NCBI GenBank assembly: GCA_964551615.1
Contig: CAZKDY010000023.1
Location: 20,294 to 84,293, forward strand
Source: an uncultured Polyangiaceae bacterium
GTDB taxonomy: Bacteria > Myxococcota_A > Polyangia > Polyangiales > Polyangiaceae
Reading direction: 5' to 3'
DNA: 64,000 nucleotides
Below the pieces are notes generated by a model that saw only the letters and a list, made by a program, of their open reading frames with translations, searched no databases and was not told where the DNA came from. Position numbers and translations under genes: made by a program. This document shows, piece after piece, positions 52,264 to 61,356 of the stretch (positions within the stretch are counted from its first letter, which is position 1; each line of letters starts with the position of its first letter).

Positions 52264-52300
52264 CAAGGCGCCACCTCATACGTGGCGCCTTGAACATTTT
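52264..52300 (+). terminator. Strong intrinsic terminator between convergent cdnL and lipoprotein genes
   Basis: Perfect 11-bp stem CAAGGCGCCAC (52264-52274) / GTGGCGCCTTG (52282-52292) with a 7-nt loop, followed by AACATTTT. A second GC-rich hairpin lies at 52141-52177. Confidence 0.7.
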
Positions 52301-52364
52301 GTGCGCTCGGCTGCCGCTGGTTCCGCGCCCGCTAGCCGTGTGCCGCCGTGGTGCGAGCGCGGCG

Positions 52365-52904
52365 CTACTCCTCGGTCTTGCGCTTGCGGATCGGGGGCGG
52401 CTCTGGGACGTCGAGCACCACCCTCCAGCCGACCTCTTCGCGCACACAATGCACGTCAAATCGCTCGCCTGGCGCAGAGCCGATCACCGACACCACGGCG
52501 CGCTGGCCCTCCACCCGCGAGCGGAAGTGGCGTGGCGTGAAGCGCAGCGAGAAGTGCGAGGGCGCGAGCATCTCCTCGGGCCCCAGGTTCCTCCCGATCA
52601 CCGCGCTGGCGCGCTTGGCGCGCTCAGTGAGCACGCGCTGAGCGTCAGACCAGAGCAGGTCGTAGGCGGCTCGCGAGTTCTTTGGATCGCCATGCACGCT
52701 CTCCATGCGGTCAATGAACTGCTCGACGACGAACTCGGGGGTCTGCTCCTCGGGGTCGCTCTTGCAGCCAACCAGCGAGATCACGACTAACAGCAGCAGG
52801 CACCGATAGATATTTCCGTGGGGCACAGGCTGTCGCCGTGAAGCCCGGCTGACCTGCCCCGCTGGGTCGCCCCCCACGCTGCGCGCGGCCAGCTGGCTGG
52901 TCAT
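52365..52904 (-). CDS. Hypothetical lipoprotein
   Basis: The start overlaps the trpS stop (ATGA 52901-52904). Lipobox 'VISLVGC'. No other motif recognised. Confidence 0.65.
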   Translation of the reverse strand: MTSQLAARSVGGDPAGQVSRASRRQPVPHGNIYRCLLLLVVISLVGCKSDPEEQTPEFVVEQFIDRMESVHGDPKNSRAAYDLLWSDAQRVLTERAKRASAVIGRNLGPEEMLAPSHFSLRFTPRHFRSRVEGQRAVVSVIGSAPGERFDVHCVREEVGWRVVLDVPEPPPIRKRKTEE

Positions 52905-53947
52905 CGCGAGTGACCGCTAGTGCCAAGGCCCATCGCCCCTCGCACGTCGCCCATGGTGCGCTCCGCCAGCGTACGGGCGTGGTCGCGCCCCTGATCGAGG
53001 ATCTTCAAGACGCGCTTGCTGTCCGCTGACAAGTCCGCGGCGCGCCGCCGGATCGGCTCCAGCTCGCGGTTCAGGTTCTCAACCAGCTCCGCCTTGCACG
53101 CGCCACAACCCAGCGCGCCGCTGCGGCAATCTCGGTCGATACGCGCCACGTCTTCAGGCGGAGTCACCGCCTTGTGGATGGTGAAGATATTGCAAATGCT
53201 AGGGTTGCCCGGATCACCCTCGCGCAGCTTGTTAGGGTCGGTGAACGCGCGCTTCACCTTCTTTTCAACGACCTGCGGCGGGTCGAGCATGTCAATTGTG
53301 TTTCCGCGCGATTTGCTCATCTTGGACTTACCGTCGATGCCCATGATGCGCGGCGCCACAGATAGCAGCGGCTCGGGCTCGGGGAACAGCGGCTTAAAGC
53401 GCTGGTTGAAGCGGCGCGCGATCTCCCGGGTCAGCTCTAGGTGCTGCACCTGATCCTCACCCACGGGGACCGCGCCCGCGCGGTAGACTAAAATATCGGC
53501 CGCCATCAAGATCGGGTAGGTGAACAGGCCCGCGTTCACGTTCTGCTTGTTCTGGTCGCTCTTCTCTTTGAACTGCGTCATGCGAGACAAGTCACCCATC
53601 GGAGTCACTGCCGCGAGGTACCAAGCAAGCTCCGTGTGCTGCGAGACGTCGCTCTGGACGAAGATGCTGCACTTCTCGGGATCGAGCCCCGCCGCGATGT
53701 AGCTCACGGCGGCGTCTAGGATGCGCTGCTTCAGCTCTTTCGGCTTGTAGTCCACGGTGATGGCGTGGGCGTCCACGATGCAAAACAGCGCCTCGTACTG
53801 CTCGCTCTGCACCAGCGAGACCCAGTTCTTCAGCGCGCCTAGGTAGTTGCCGATGTGGAGGCCGCCAGTCGGCTGCATGCCAGAGAGCAGGCGAGGGCGC
53901 TTGGCGCCGCTCACGGCCGTGGGCGAAGAGGGGCTAGCTGAGCTCAT
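52901..53947 (-). CDS. trpS: Tryptophan--tRNA ligase (with C-x21-C-x6-C-x2-C motif)
   Basis: I chose ATG 53947. 'SGMQPTGGLHIGNYLGALKNWV' (HIGH region), 'GKSKMSKSRGN' (KMSKS), and Cys cluster 'SICNIF...DRDCRSGALGCGACK'. Confidence 0.9.
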   Translation of the reverse strand: MSSASPSSPTAVSGAKRPRLLSGMQPTGGLHIGNYLGALKNWVSLVQSEQYEALFCIVDAHAITVDYKPKELKQRILDAAVSYIAAGLDPEKCSIFVQSDVSQHTELAWYLAAVTPMGDLSRMTQFKEKSDQNKQNVNAGLFTYPILMAADILVYRAGAVPVGEDQVQHLELTREIARRFNQRFKPLFPEPEPLLSVAPRIMGIDGKSKMSKSRGNTIDMLDPPQVVEKKVKRAFTDPNKLREGDPGNPSICNIFTIHKAVTPPEDVARIDRDCRSGALGCGACKAELVENLNRELEPIRRRAADLSADSKRVLKILDQGRDHARTLAERTMGDVRGAMGLGTSGHSR

Positions 53948-54136
53948 GGGGGGATGGAGGTAGCCCCACCGCCGAGAGCGAGCAAGCCATAGCCGCCCGT
54001 GAGCGAACGCCGCGTGAGCCGCGATGTGCCGCCTGAGCTGTTGAGCGCCGCCCGTGAGCCGGGCCCTCCACCCCCGGGCTGGCGTCACAACAACTTGGCC
54101 CCAGCGGATCGCGGCTGCGTACGATTTCAAACACAC

Positions 54137-55171
54137 ATGAGCGTGAATCAACCAACAGTGCGTTTGAGCTGGGAAAATCGGCCAACCGAGCCCAAGCTCG
54201 CGCCGAGCCGACTCGAGATCACGCGCCCGGGGCACCCCTCCAGCATGCTGATCGAGGGCGACAACCTGCTGGCCATGTCCGCGCTCGCACAGCGTAGCCC
54301 CGCGTCAGCTGCGCTGATCTACATGGATCCACCGTTCTTGACCGGACGTCAGCACCACCAAGTGGAGCGCCAGCGCGACGCTAGCGGCCGCATCCAGCGC
54401 CAGCAGCAGCCAGCGTTCGACGACCGCTGGAGCGGCATGCACGACTACCTGAACACGCTCCACAGCCGCGTGTGCGTCGCCCGCGACCTGCTCAGCCCGC
54501 AGGGCAGCTTGGTGCTCCACGTCGATCCAAAGACCAGCCACTACGCCAAAGTGCTGTGCGACGAGGTCTTTGGGCCCGAGTGTTTCGCCAGCGAGATCGT
54601 GTGGCGCTATCGGCGCTGGCCCGCCAAGACCAAGAACTTTCAGCGCGTCCACGACGTGCTCTTGCGCTACGTAAAGGACCCGAGCGCGGTGCCGCGCTTT
54701 AACCAGCTGTACGAGCCGCTGGCGGCCTCGACCCGCGCCACCTGGGGCACACGGAAACAGCGCGCGGTAACGGACGAAGCCGGCCGGCGGCAGCGCTCGA
54801 GCAGCACCGAAGAAGAGAGCCCTGGCACCCCGCTGGGAGATGTGTGGGAGATCGGCATCGTCGCGCCCATCGCGCGCGAGCGCACCGGCTACCCGACGCA
54901 GAAGCCGGAGGCCTTGTTGCAGCGCCTTGTCTCCGCGCTGACTCAGCCTGACGACCTGGTGGTCGACCCGTACGTGGGCAGCGGCACCAGCCTGGTCGCT
55001 AGCCGCAGCCTTGGCCGCCGCGCCATCGGGATCGACCAGAACACCGCGGCGCTGACCCTGTGCCGGCAGCGCCTGGGCCAGCTCGGCGTCGAACCGCTTG
55101 AAGAGCGCGTGTGCGAGCAACGCTTGAAGAAGACCGAGCCCACCAAGCGCGGGCTGGCCGTCGCCAGCTAG
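54137..55171 (+). CDS. Site-specific DNA methyltransferase (N6-adenine/N4-cytosine, beta-class motif order)
   Basis: 'LIYMDPPFLTG' (motif IV) precedes 'LVVDPYVGSGTSLVAS' (motif I). 'GYPTQKPEALLQRLV' is typical of PF01555-type enzymes. I chose the start at ATG 54137. Confidence 0.8.
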   Translation: MSVNQPTVRLSWENRPTEPKLAPSRLEITRPGHPSSMLIEGDNLLAMSALAQRSPASAALIYMDPPFLTGRQHHQVERQRDASGRIQRQQQPAFDDRWSGMHDYLNTLHSRVCVARDLLSPQGSLVLHVDPKTSHYAKVLCDEVFGPECFASEIVWRYRRWPAKTKNFQRVHDVLLRYVKDPSAVPRFNQLYEPLAASTRATWGTRKQRAVTDEAGRRQRSSSTEEESPGTPLGDVWEIGIVAPIARERTGYPTQKPEALLQRLVSALTQPDDLVVDPYVGSGTSLVASRSLGRRAIGIDQNTAALTLCRQRLGQLGVEPLEERVCEQRLKKTEPTKRGLAVAS

Positions 55172-55195
55172 CGCGCGGCCTAGACCGGCTAGCGC

Positions 55196-55639
55196 TTGCG
55201 CCCATCGCGTGGGAGCGGGCAACATGCTTGGGTGACCAAAGACCGCCGCGCCAGCCCAGACGCCATCGAGAAGCGGCGCGCCGGCAGGGCGCTCAACGAC
55301 TTGTTGACTGGGCGCGGCCCCGGTCGCCTTGATGGCCGCACCGAGAAGCGTCGCTTGCGCCTGCTCGAGGAGCTGAAAGAGAACAAGCGGCGCGGCTCAG
55401 GCGAAGAGCTCAAGCCCCTCGAGGTGCTCAGCCATGCCCACGAATTGCTAGAGCTGGGCGAGACGCTGGTCGGCTTGAAGCGCCTGTGCACAGCGCGAAA
55501 ACCGCCAGCAGAGCGAGAGCAGCTGGTGGAGGTCGTGCGCCGAGTGCACGAGGCCTACGCGTTCCGCGCAGAAGTCTGGAGTTTAGTGGGGGTGGGGGAC
55601 GAGGTGCTGCGCGCGGCGGGAGTGCCGCTCCCGGGCTGA
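55196..55639 (+). CDS. Hypothetical protein (Arg/Glu/Leu-rich, helical)
   Basis: 147-aa ORF 25 nt after the methyltransferase stop. No motif recognised, and the start is uncertain (TTG 55196 or GTG 55232). Confidence 0.4.
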   Translation: MRPSRGSGQHAWVTKDRRASPDAIEKRRAGRALNDLLTGRGPGRLDGRTEKRRLRLLEELKENKRRGSGEELKPLEVLSHAHELLELGETLVGLKRLCTARKPPAEREQLVEVVRRVHEAYAFRAEVWSLVGVGDEVLRAAGVPLPG

Positions 55640-55725
55640 GTCGGCGCCCACCTCGGCTGCGCCAGTGCTCGCCGCGCTCGCGCGCGCGGCCCCGGAGCGC
55701 CGACGACTGTGCTACGCGAGGTGCT

Positions 55726-56856
55726 GTGACGCATCTCCATCAAAGTTCGTCGCCATCCTCGGCGCACGCGTCTGGGAGCTCAGCCAAGCCAGCGGCGAGT
55801 GAGCTGATCCTGACAGCGCTCTGGCGTCGAGCATCACGGGGCAACCAGCGCGTTAGCCTGCTGGCCGCTGTGTGCTGCGCAGGGCTGGTCGCGGGGCTGG
55901 CCCACAGCGCCGCCGCTCAGGGCGACGACCCCGTCGTCGTCACGGTGGGCAGCGCCGCGCTCAAGAAGAGCGACGTGGAGCGTCGACTGGCGGACGTGCC
56001 CCCGTTCAAGCTCGCGCAGTATGGCACGACGCCGCTCGAGCAAAAGCGCGCGTTCATCGAGCGCGACCTGGTACCGGAGTTGTTGTTCTCTCTCCACACG
56101 GACAAGGCAGAGCTCGAGCGCTCACCCGCCGTCCGCGCGGAAATTAGGCAAGCAGAGCTGCAGGCGCTACAGCGCGCGCTGCGTGAAGAACTGGTCAAGG
56201 CCGGCGGCGTGACCGACGCGGACATCGAGAAGTACTACAAAGACAACGAGAGCCGCTTCAAGACGCCGGAGCGGATCAAGATCTGGCGCATCTTGTTGCC
56301 GAACGAGCAGGCCGCGGCGGACGTCCTCAAGCAAGTGCGCGCGAAGGGCGACGTTAAGACCTGGAGCAGCGTGGCCCGGGAGAAATCCCTAGACAAGGCG
56401 ACCCACATGCGCGACGGAGATCTGGGATTTGTGCTTCCAGACGGTCGCACTAATGTCCCGCGGGTGCGCGTCGAGCCAGCGCTGTTCACGGCAGCCAGCG
56501 CGGTCAAGAACGGTGAGCTAGTGCCCAAGCCCGTGCCGGAAGGCGAGAACTGGGCGGTGGTCTGGCGGCGCGGCAGCCTGGCGAAGGTCGAGCGCAGCCT
56601 GGAGACCGAGGCCCCGAACATCCGACGACTCCTAGAGCGCTCCCGTACGGATCAACAGCTCAACGCGTTGGTGGCTAAGTTGAGCGCCGCCCACGTGTCC
56701 GAGCGCCACGACGAGCTGCTAGAGAGCGTGGATCTCGACAAGATCGGCAACCTGGGCGCCAACCGCGCGCCTGGCTTGGTGGAGCCGCACAAACCAGAGG
56801 GCAAGGTCCGTCCCGCGCCGAGCAGCGATCAGAGCGCCGGCGCTGGGGAGCGCTAG
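55726..56856 (+). CDS. Periplasmic parvulin-type peptidyl-prolyl isomerase (SurA/PrsA-like)
   Basis: Signal 'VSLLAAVCCAGLVAGLAHSAAA'. SurA-N-like helical region. Parvulin core 'RFKTPERIKIWRILL...SLDKATHMRDGDLGFV'. I chose GTG 55726; the track start at 55486 overlaps the previous ORF. Confidence 0.7.
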   Translation: MTHLHQSSSPSSAHASGSSAKPAASELILTALWRRASRGNQRVSLLAAVCCAGLVAGLAHSAAAQGDDPVVVTVGSAALKKSDVERRLADVPPFKLAQYGTTPLEQKRAFIERDLVPELLFSLHTDKAELERSPAVRAEIRQAELQALQRALREELVKAGGVTDADIEKYYKDNESRFKTPERIKIWRILLPNEQAAADVLKQVRAKGDVKTWSSVAREKSLDKATHMRDGDLGFVLPDGRTNVPRVRVEPALFTAASAVKNGELVPKPVPEGENWAVVWRRGSLAKVERSLETEAPNIRRLLERSRTDQQLNALVAKLSAAHVSERHDELLESVDLDKIGNLGANRAPGLVEPHKPEGKVRPAPSSDQSAGAGER

Positions 56857-56858
56857 CT

Positions 56859-57296
56859 CTAGGTGATGACCGGCAAGCTCCAGCCCAGCTGCTTTAGTAC
56901 CCCGCGGAAAATGCGCTCCTCTTCGCGCGCCTCCAGCTGCTTCTTGAAGAAGTTCGCGTTGTCGCCCTTGGTCGCGAAGTACGTGGCGCGCTCATAGTGC
57001 TCTAGCAGGATCAACAGGTGCGGGTGGGCTTCGACCACCTGAGCCGGCACTTGGGTGTGTCGCGCAGAGCTCAGCCGAGCGACCGCTTGGTCGTGTACTA
57101 GCTCGGCGAGGTCCTTGTCAGACAACCGATCGCGGAGAAAATCTGCCTCCTTGCGCGCGTGGTGGACGAGCAACGCCGCCCGATCAAGGTAGCTCCCCGC
57201 GAAGGCCTCGCTGGCCCACGCCAGCGCGCCCAGCGGCAGCGCCATGAGCAACGCGCGCCGCATGGGCATATGTCCTGATTTAGACATCTTGTTCAT
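56859..57296 (-). CDS. Secreted hypothetical protein coupled to rnc
   Basis: ATG 57296 overlaps the rnc stop (ATGA). Signal 'MPMRRALLMALPLGALAWASEAFA'. The mature part is helical, with no motif recognised. Confidence 0.55.
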   Translation of the reverse strand: MNKMSKSGHMPMRRALLMALPLGALAWASEAFAGSYLDRAALLVHHARKEADFLRDRLSDKDLAELVHDQAVARLSSARHTQVPAQVVEAHPHLLILLEHYERATYFATKGDNANFFKKQLEAREEERIFRGVLKQLGWSLPVIT

Positions 57297-58018
57297 CCTT
57301 CCGCCGGGGCTTTTATTTCCTCGAGGTTCCATTGCGTGCTCGCTAGGGCGGCCTGCGCGGCGGCGCGCTCGGCCAACCGCTTGCTGCGCCCACGGCCAAC
57401 GCCGAGGCAACTCTCGCCCAAGCTCACCGCGACTTCAAACCAGCGTTCATGGGCTGGGCCACCCTCGTCCACCACCTGGTACGATGGAACGCTCTCGCCC
57501 GCGCGCTGGACGCGCTCTTGCAGCTCGCTCTTGGGATCGCGACCAGAGCTTGAGCCGAGCTCAGCCAGGCTCGAATCGAGCATGCGCCGGCACACCTCAC
57601 GCGCCAGCTCGAAGCCGCCATGCAGGAAGGCCGCCGCGATCAGCGCCTCCACCGCGTCAGCGACCACGTTCATGCTTTGGCGCAGCCCAGCCGCAGCGGC
57701 ACCCTTACCGAGGAGCAGCGCGCCGGAGACGTCTAGATCGCTACCAATGCGTTGCAGTGACTCGGCGTTGACGAGCTGAGCCCGCATGCGCGTCAGCGTG
57801 CCCTCGTCAGCGTCAGGGAAACGCTCAAACAATAGCTCGCTGGTACACAGGCCAAGGACGGAGTCGCCCAAGAACTCGAGGCGCTGGTTGTCCCCCACCC
57901 CCGCGCGCTCGTTCGCGTAGCTGGGGTGAATCAGCGCGTCGCCTAGCCAGCTACAGTCCGCTGGCAGACCCAGGGCCGCTGCGAGCTGCTCCATGCTGTG
58001 GTGGTCGTCTTCTGCCAT
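57293..58018 (-). CDS. rnc: Ribonuclease III
   Basis: 'NQRLEFLGDSVLGL' signature, with a C-terminal dsRBD 'DPKSELQERVQ...VVDEGGPAHERWFEVAV'. Confidence 0.9.
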   Translation of the reverse strand: MAEDDHHSMEQLAAALGLPADCSWLGDALIHPSYANERAGVGDNQRLEFLGDSVLGLCTSELLFERFPDADEGTLTRMRAQLVNAESLQRIGSDLDVSGALLLGKGAAAAGLRQSMNVVADAVEALIAAAFLHGGFELAREVCRRMLDSSLAELGSSSGRDPKSELQERVQRAGESVPSYQVVDEGGPAHERWFEVAVSLGESCLGVGRGRSKRLAERAAAQAALASTQWNLEEIKAPAEG

Positions 58019-58110
58019 CTGTTGTCTAACCGCGGCTGATCGGCGGGTGATGTGCCACGCCTAACGCATCGCGCAAGCTTGGTACCCCTAGGAGCTTCAC
58101 TGAAAGCGCC

Positions 58111-58836
58111 GTGGAACCTCAAGGCCCGCGCATTGTCGGCCCAACTTCGCCGATGGGGTATGCTGAACCTGTGAGTCGCCTGCTCGCCTGTCCGTTCTGT
58201 CGCGAGCTGTACACTCGCGATGAGGCCGTGCGTTGCCCCGAGTGTGACGTCGATCTCATGGCGCTCGAGAAGCTGCCTCCGTCTGCGGAGGCCCTCGCCG
58301 AGGCTGAGCTCGAGGCGGGCGCAGCGCCGCCCCCGCCGATCCCAGCCCTCGACTACCCGCTGCCCTGGAACTTTACCGGCCGCGGACGGGCGGCGCTGGT
58401 GGGGGTGTCGATCCTCGGCCTCGCCGCGTTCTTTGCGCCCTGGGTGTCCGTGGTGAAGCCCGACATCAGCCTGCTGAGTGGCTTTGATCTCGCGCGAGGC
58501 CGGGCAGGTTGGTTGTGGGGCGGGTTCGCAGCCTGGCTGACCTTGGTGCCGCTAGTGGCCAGCCGGCGCAGCGTGAACCAGATGCGCGGCGTCCGCGCGA
58601 TCTGCGCCATGTTCGCCAGCATGACCCTGGTCGAGACGCTGATGCTGATCGCCAGGCCGCCCAAGAGTCATCCACGAATTCCTGTGGAAATTCATTGGCA
58701 ATGGGGCCTGTACGCGAGCATGGCCCTGGCGGCGGTCGGGCTGCTGCTGAGTATTCGCCTGGGCGGGGGCGTGGACGACATGCGCGATCTGCCGCTCCCT
58801 GGAGCAGCGAAAGACACCGACGAGACCATGCACTAG
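58111..58836 (+). CDS. Membrane protein with N-terminal zinc-ribbon
   Basis: 'CPFCRELYTRDEAVRCPECD' (CxxC...CxxC) followed by about 4 TM segments. The start is uncertain (GTG 58111 or ATG 58153). Confidence 0.6.
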   Translation: MEPQGPRIVGPTSPMGYAEPVSRLLACPFCRELYTRDEAVRCPECDVDLMALEKLPPSAEALAEAELEAGAAPPPPIPALDYPLPWNFTGRGRAALVGVSILGLAAFFAPWVSVVKPDISLLSGFDLARGRAGWLWGGFAAWLTLVPLVASRRSVNQMRGVRAICAMFASMTLVETLMLIARPPKSHPRIPVEIHWQWGLYASMALAAVGLLLSIRLGGGVDDMRDLPLPGAAKDTDETMH

Positions 58837-58951
58837 CGGCGCGCGGCGCGCTGCCGCCGCGCCTGAAGCAGGGCAGCTCTAGAGCCCTTGCGTCGGCGGT
58901 GAACGCTCGCTGAATCTCGCCTCGGCTGCCTGGTCGTGCTAGCGCTGGTAC

Positions 58952-59878
58952 ATGGTGCGACCGGCGGATCTGCGCTCTGAGCGGGAGCTCGCGGCTGAGG
59001 GCCGTGACTCGCTGCGCGAAGCGCCGACCGCAGATCAGCCGCTCAGCAGCACCGAGAGCGGGCGCCATCGGGCGGCGTTTGACTCTGAGCGCTCCGTTCC
59101 CATACCGAAACAAGTGGCCCTCTCAGCCGACGAGCTGGCGGAGCTTGAGCTGACCGACGTGCCGGCCGCGGTAGTTGAGATCCATCCGGCTGACGACTAC
59201 ACCCACAGCTCGGGCGTGGTCGTGATCGTGCCGTGGGAGCGACCGCTCAGCAGCTTTTGGGCGCGCTTGTGGTCAACCGCGAAGCTTAGCACCCAGCACG
59301 GACAGACCTTCTTCGCGCGCTTCCCCGACGGGGACTTGTCCAGCGCCGTCCGCTTCGCCCTGGCAGCAGAGGTCATCGCGATCAGCGGGCTGTGCCTGAT
59401 CGCCGGCCCCGTGGCTTGGCTTGTGGTGCCGGGCCTGTCTGACCTCGCGGCAACTGACCCCATGTTGCGGAGCACGTTGCTGCGAACGGTCGTGGCCGGC
59501 GTGCCCACGCTGGCTATCGCCATGGCAGGTCTCCACGCGATCTACGGTGTCGGCCTGGACTTAGCTGCGCGGCGCCAAGGGGCTCGTGGACGGCTGGGCC
59601 ACGCGGTGCGCTTTGGCTTGTACACGGCGGGCTGGGACCTGGTGACCATGCCCCTTGGCCTGATCGCCCTGGCGCTGTCCGACGGCGTGGGGAGCGCTGG
59701 CGCTGTGGCGCGGAGCACCTGGTCGCTCCCCAGAGACTGCTCTCAAGCATTTCTGTGTGGTATTTATGGGCTCAGCCGTGAGGCCGCGGCGCGCGCCTAT
59801 CGAGCGGCCATGCTGAGCACCTTCGCCGGCCTAGCGCTGGGGATTTGCGTGTGTGTCGCCTTAGTGGCGCTGCTCTAG
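58952..59878 (+). CDS. Polytopic membrane protein, unknown function
   Basis: 308-aa ORF with a soluble N-terminal ~100 aa, then at least 5 hydrophobic segments. No motif recognised. Confidence 0.55.
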   Translation: MVRPADLRSERELAAEGRDSLREAPTADQPLSSTESGRHRAAFDSERSVPIPKQVALSADELAELELTDVPAAVVEIHPADDYTHSSGVVVIVPWERPLSSFWARLWSTAKLSTQHGQTFFARFPDGDLSSAVRFALAAEVIAISGLCLIAGPVAWLVVPGLSDLAATDPMLRSTLLRTVVAGVPTLAIAMAGLHAIYGVGLDLAARRQGARGRLGHAVRFGLYTAGWDLVTMPLGLIALALSDGVGSAGAVARSTWSLPRDCSQAFLCGIYGLSREAAARAYRAAMLSTFAGLALGICVCVALVALL

Positions 59879-59924
59879 CGCACCGCGCCGCACGAGCACC
59901 GCGCTGCGCTAGGGCACCGCGCTG

Positions 59925-61052
59925 TCAGAATATGGCGCCGAGCTCGATGATCACCGACCACTGACGGTCCTCACCCTGGAGCGCCTCTTTCGTCGCGTCG
60001 TCGCTCTGCGCGTCGGCGGGGTCCACGATGTCGGTGATGAACTGGCCACCCACGCTGACCATCTCGTAGCGGTAGTTGAGGCCGAACATCATGCGCTGGC
60101 GCTTGATGCGCGCCTTGTCGAACACGACGTTGTTGTTGAAATCGAGGGGGTTGCCGCCACGACACACCGGCTGGCCGTCGTAGATGTGGGTCGGGTTGCC
60201 GCTTGGATCCACCGGGTTCTTCGAAGGGCTCCCAAGATCAGGGTTACCTGGGACGTTGGGCCCGGCGTAGTTGCAGAAGCCAATTGGGTCGGTGGCGGGG
60301 GTGGTGTCGATCAGCCCTGAGTCGCCGAAGATCCACACGTACTGGTAGCCGATCCACGGCGTCAGCACCTGGGAGTCTGCGATGGGCAGCGGCTTAGAGA
60401 TTTGCATGTCGAGCGCGGCCACCGTCAGCTGAAACTGCGGCGTGCCGGTCACGGTGCGCACCCCACCCCCGACCGCGAAGTCGGGCAAGATGCCGCCCAC
60501 TCCCGTGCGGAAACCTTCCAGCAGGCTCATGCGCACGTCCGCGCCGCCGGAGATGATGCTGGTCTGAGGGATGAAGCCGACCTGGCCGGTCATCTCCAAG
60601 CCGAACCCGAAGCCCTTGCGCAGCTTCACCGAATAGGTGTTGAGGGTCCCGTCGGGGCTGGGGTTGCGGACGGACGCCTTCTCGGACGACGGATCGCGCG
60701 GGCCCTGAGTACCGAGCTTCCAGTAGTCTTTGTCTTCGCTGATGTCGTGGATGCCCATCTCCAGCGCGAGGTTGAAGCCGCCGAAGCCCGTGGTGCGCGC
60801 GGAGTGCATGGCAGAAGGCGCCACCACCCAGCCCCACTGGCTCATGGCGCGCTTGAAGGCTGCGTGATCCGCACGGCAAGCCGTACTGTTGGTGATCGAA
60901 TCCTGACTGATCGCCCCTGTCTCCGTGTGGCAGCCTGGGTCAGTGACCAGCCGCTCAATCGCCGGATCCATCGGCTCGGCGGAGGCGACGCTGGGCGCGA
61001 ACGCAGCAGCCGCGAAGGCCAGCGCCGCGAGCGCCGCGAGCCCACCCCGCAT
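59925..61052 (-). CDS. Probable outer-membrane beta-barrel protein
   Basis: I chose ATG 61052 ('MRGGLAALAALAFAAAAFAPSVASA'). The sequence has an alternating beta pattern and a terminal aromatic residue '...IIELGAIF'. Confidence 0.6.
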   Translation of the reverse strand: MRGGLAALAALAFAAAAFAPSVASAEPMDPAIERLVTDPGCHTETGAISQDSITNSTACRADHAAFKRAMSQWGWVVAPSAMHSARTTGFGGFNLALEMGIHDISEDKDYWKLGTQGPRDPSSEKASVRNPSPDGTLNTYSVKLRKGFGFGLEMTGQVGFIPQTSIISGGADVRMSLLEGFRTGVGGILPDFAVGGGVRTVTGTPQFQLTVAALDMQISKPLPIADSQVLTPWIGYQYVWIFGDSGLIDTTPATDPIGFCNYAGPNVPGNPDLGSPSKNPVDPSGNPTHIYDGQPVCRGGNPLDFNNNVVFDKARIKRQRMMFGLNYRYEMVSVGGQFITDIVDPADAQSDDATKEALQGEDRQWSVIIELGAIF

Positions 61053-61356
61053 GGGCGCTCCGGAGCCCAAGAACTGCGGGCCCCCGTCAGCACGCCGCGG
61101 CACACCCGACGGCGCGTCAGCGAGCGCCGCGACCTCCGAGGAGGCGACGAGCGAGACGGTGCGCGCCTGGGTAGGCGAGCACCGAACAGAACTTCGTGCA
61201 CTAACGGCGCGAAACAACGACTTTACCAAGAATCAGGCCTCCGCCGAGGGGAGGCTACTGAGCCAGGGAAGCTGGCGTCAAGCTTGGGGACCGAAACCAG
61301 CACTCAAGGCAGGAATCCCAAGCGCCAGGTTGGCAAACTCGCTAGAACCCCGAGCG

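Noticed and set aside
54305-55225. 306-aa ORF antisense to the DNA methyltransferase gene
   Set aside because: The sequence is Arg/Ala/Gly/Leu-rich, typical of mirror-frame ORFs in high-GC DNA. The opposite strand carries clear DPPF and F.G.G methyltransferase motifs. The same reasoning applies to 30459-31151, 33732-34427, 41717-42217 and similar track entries.
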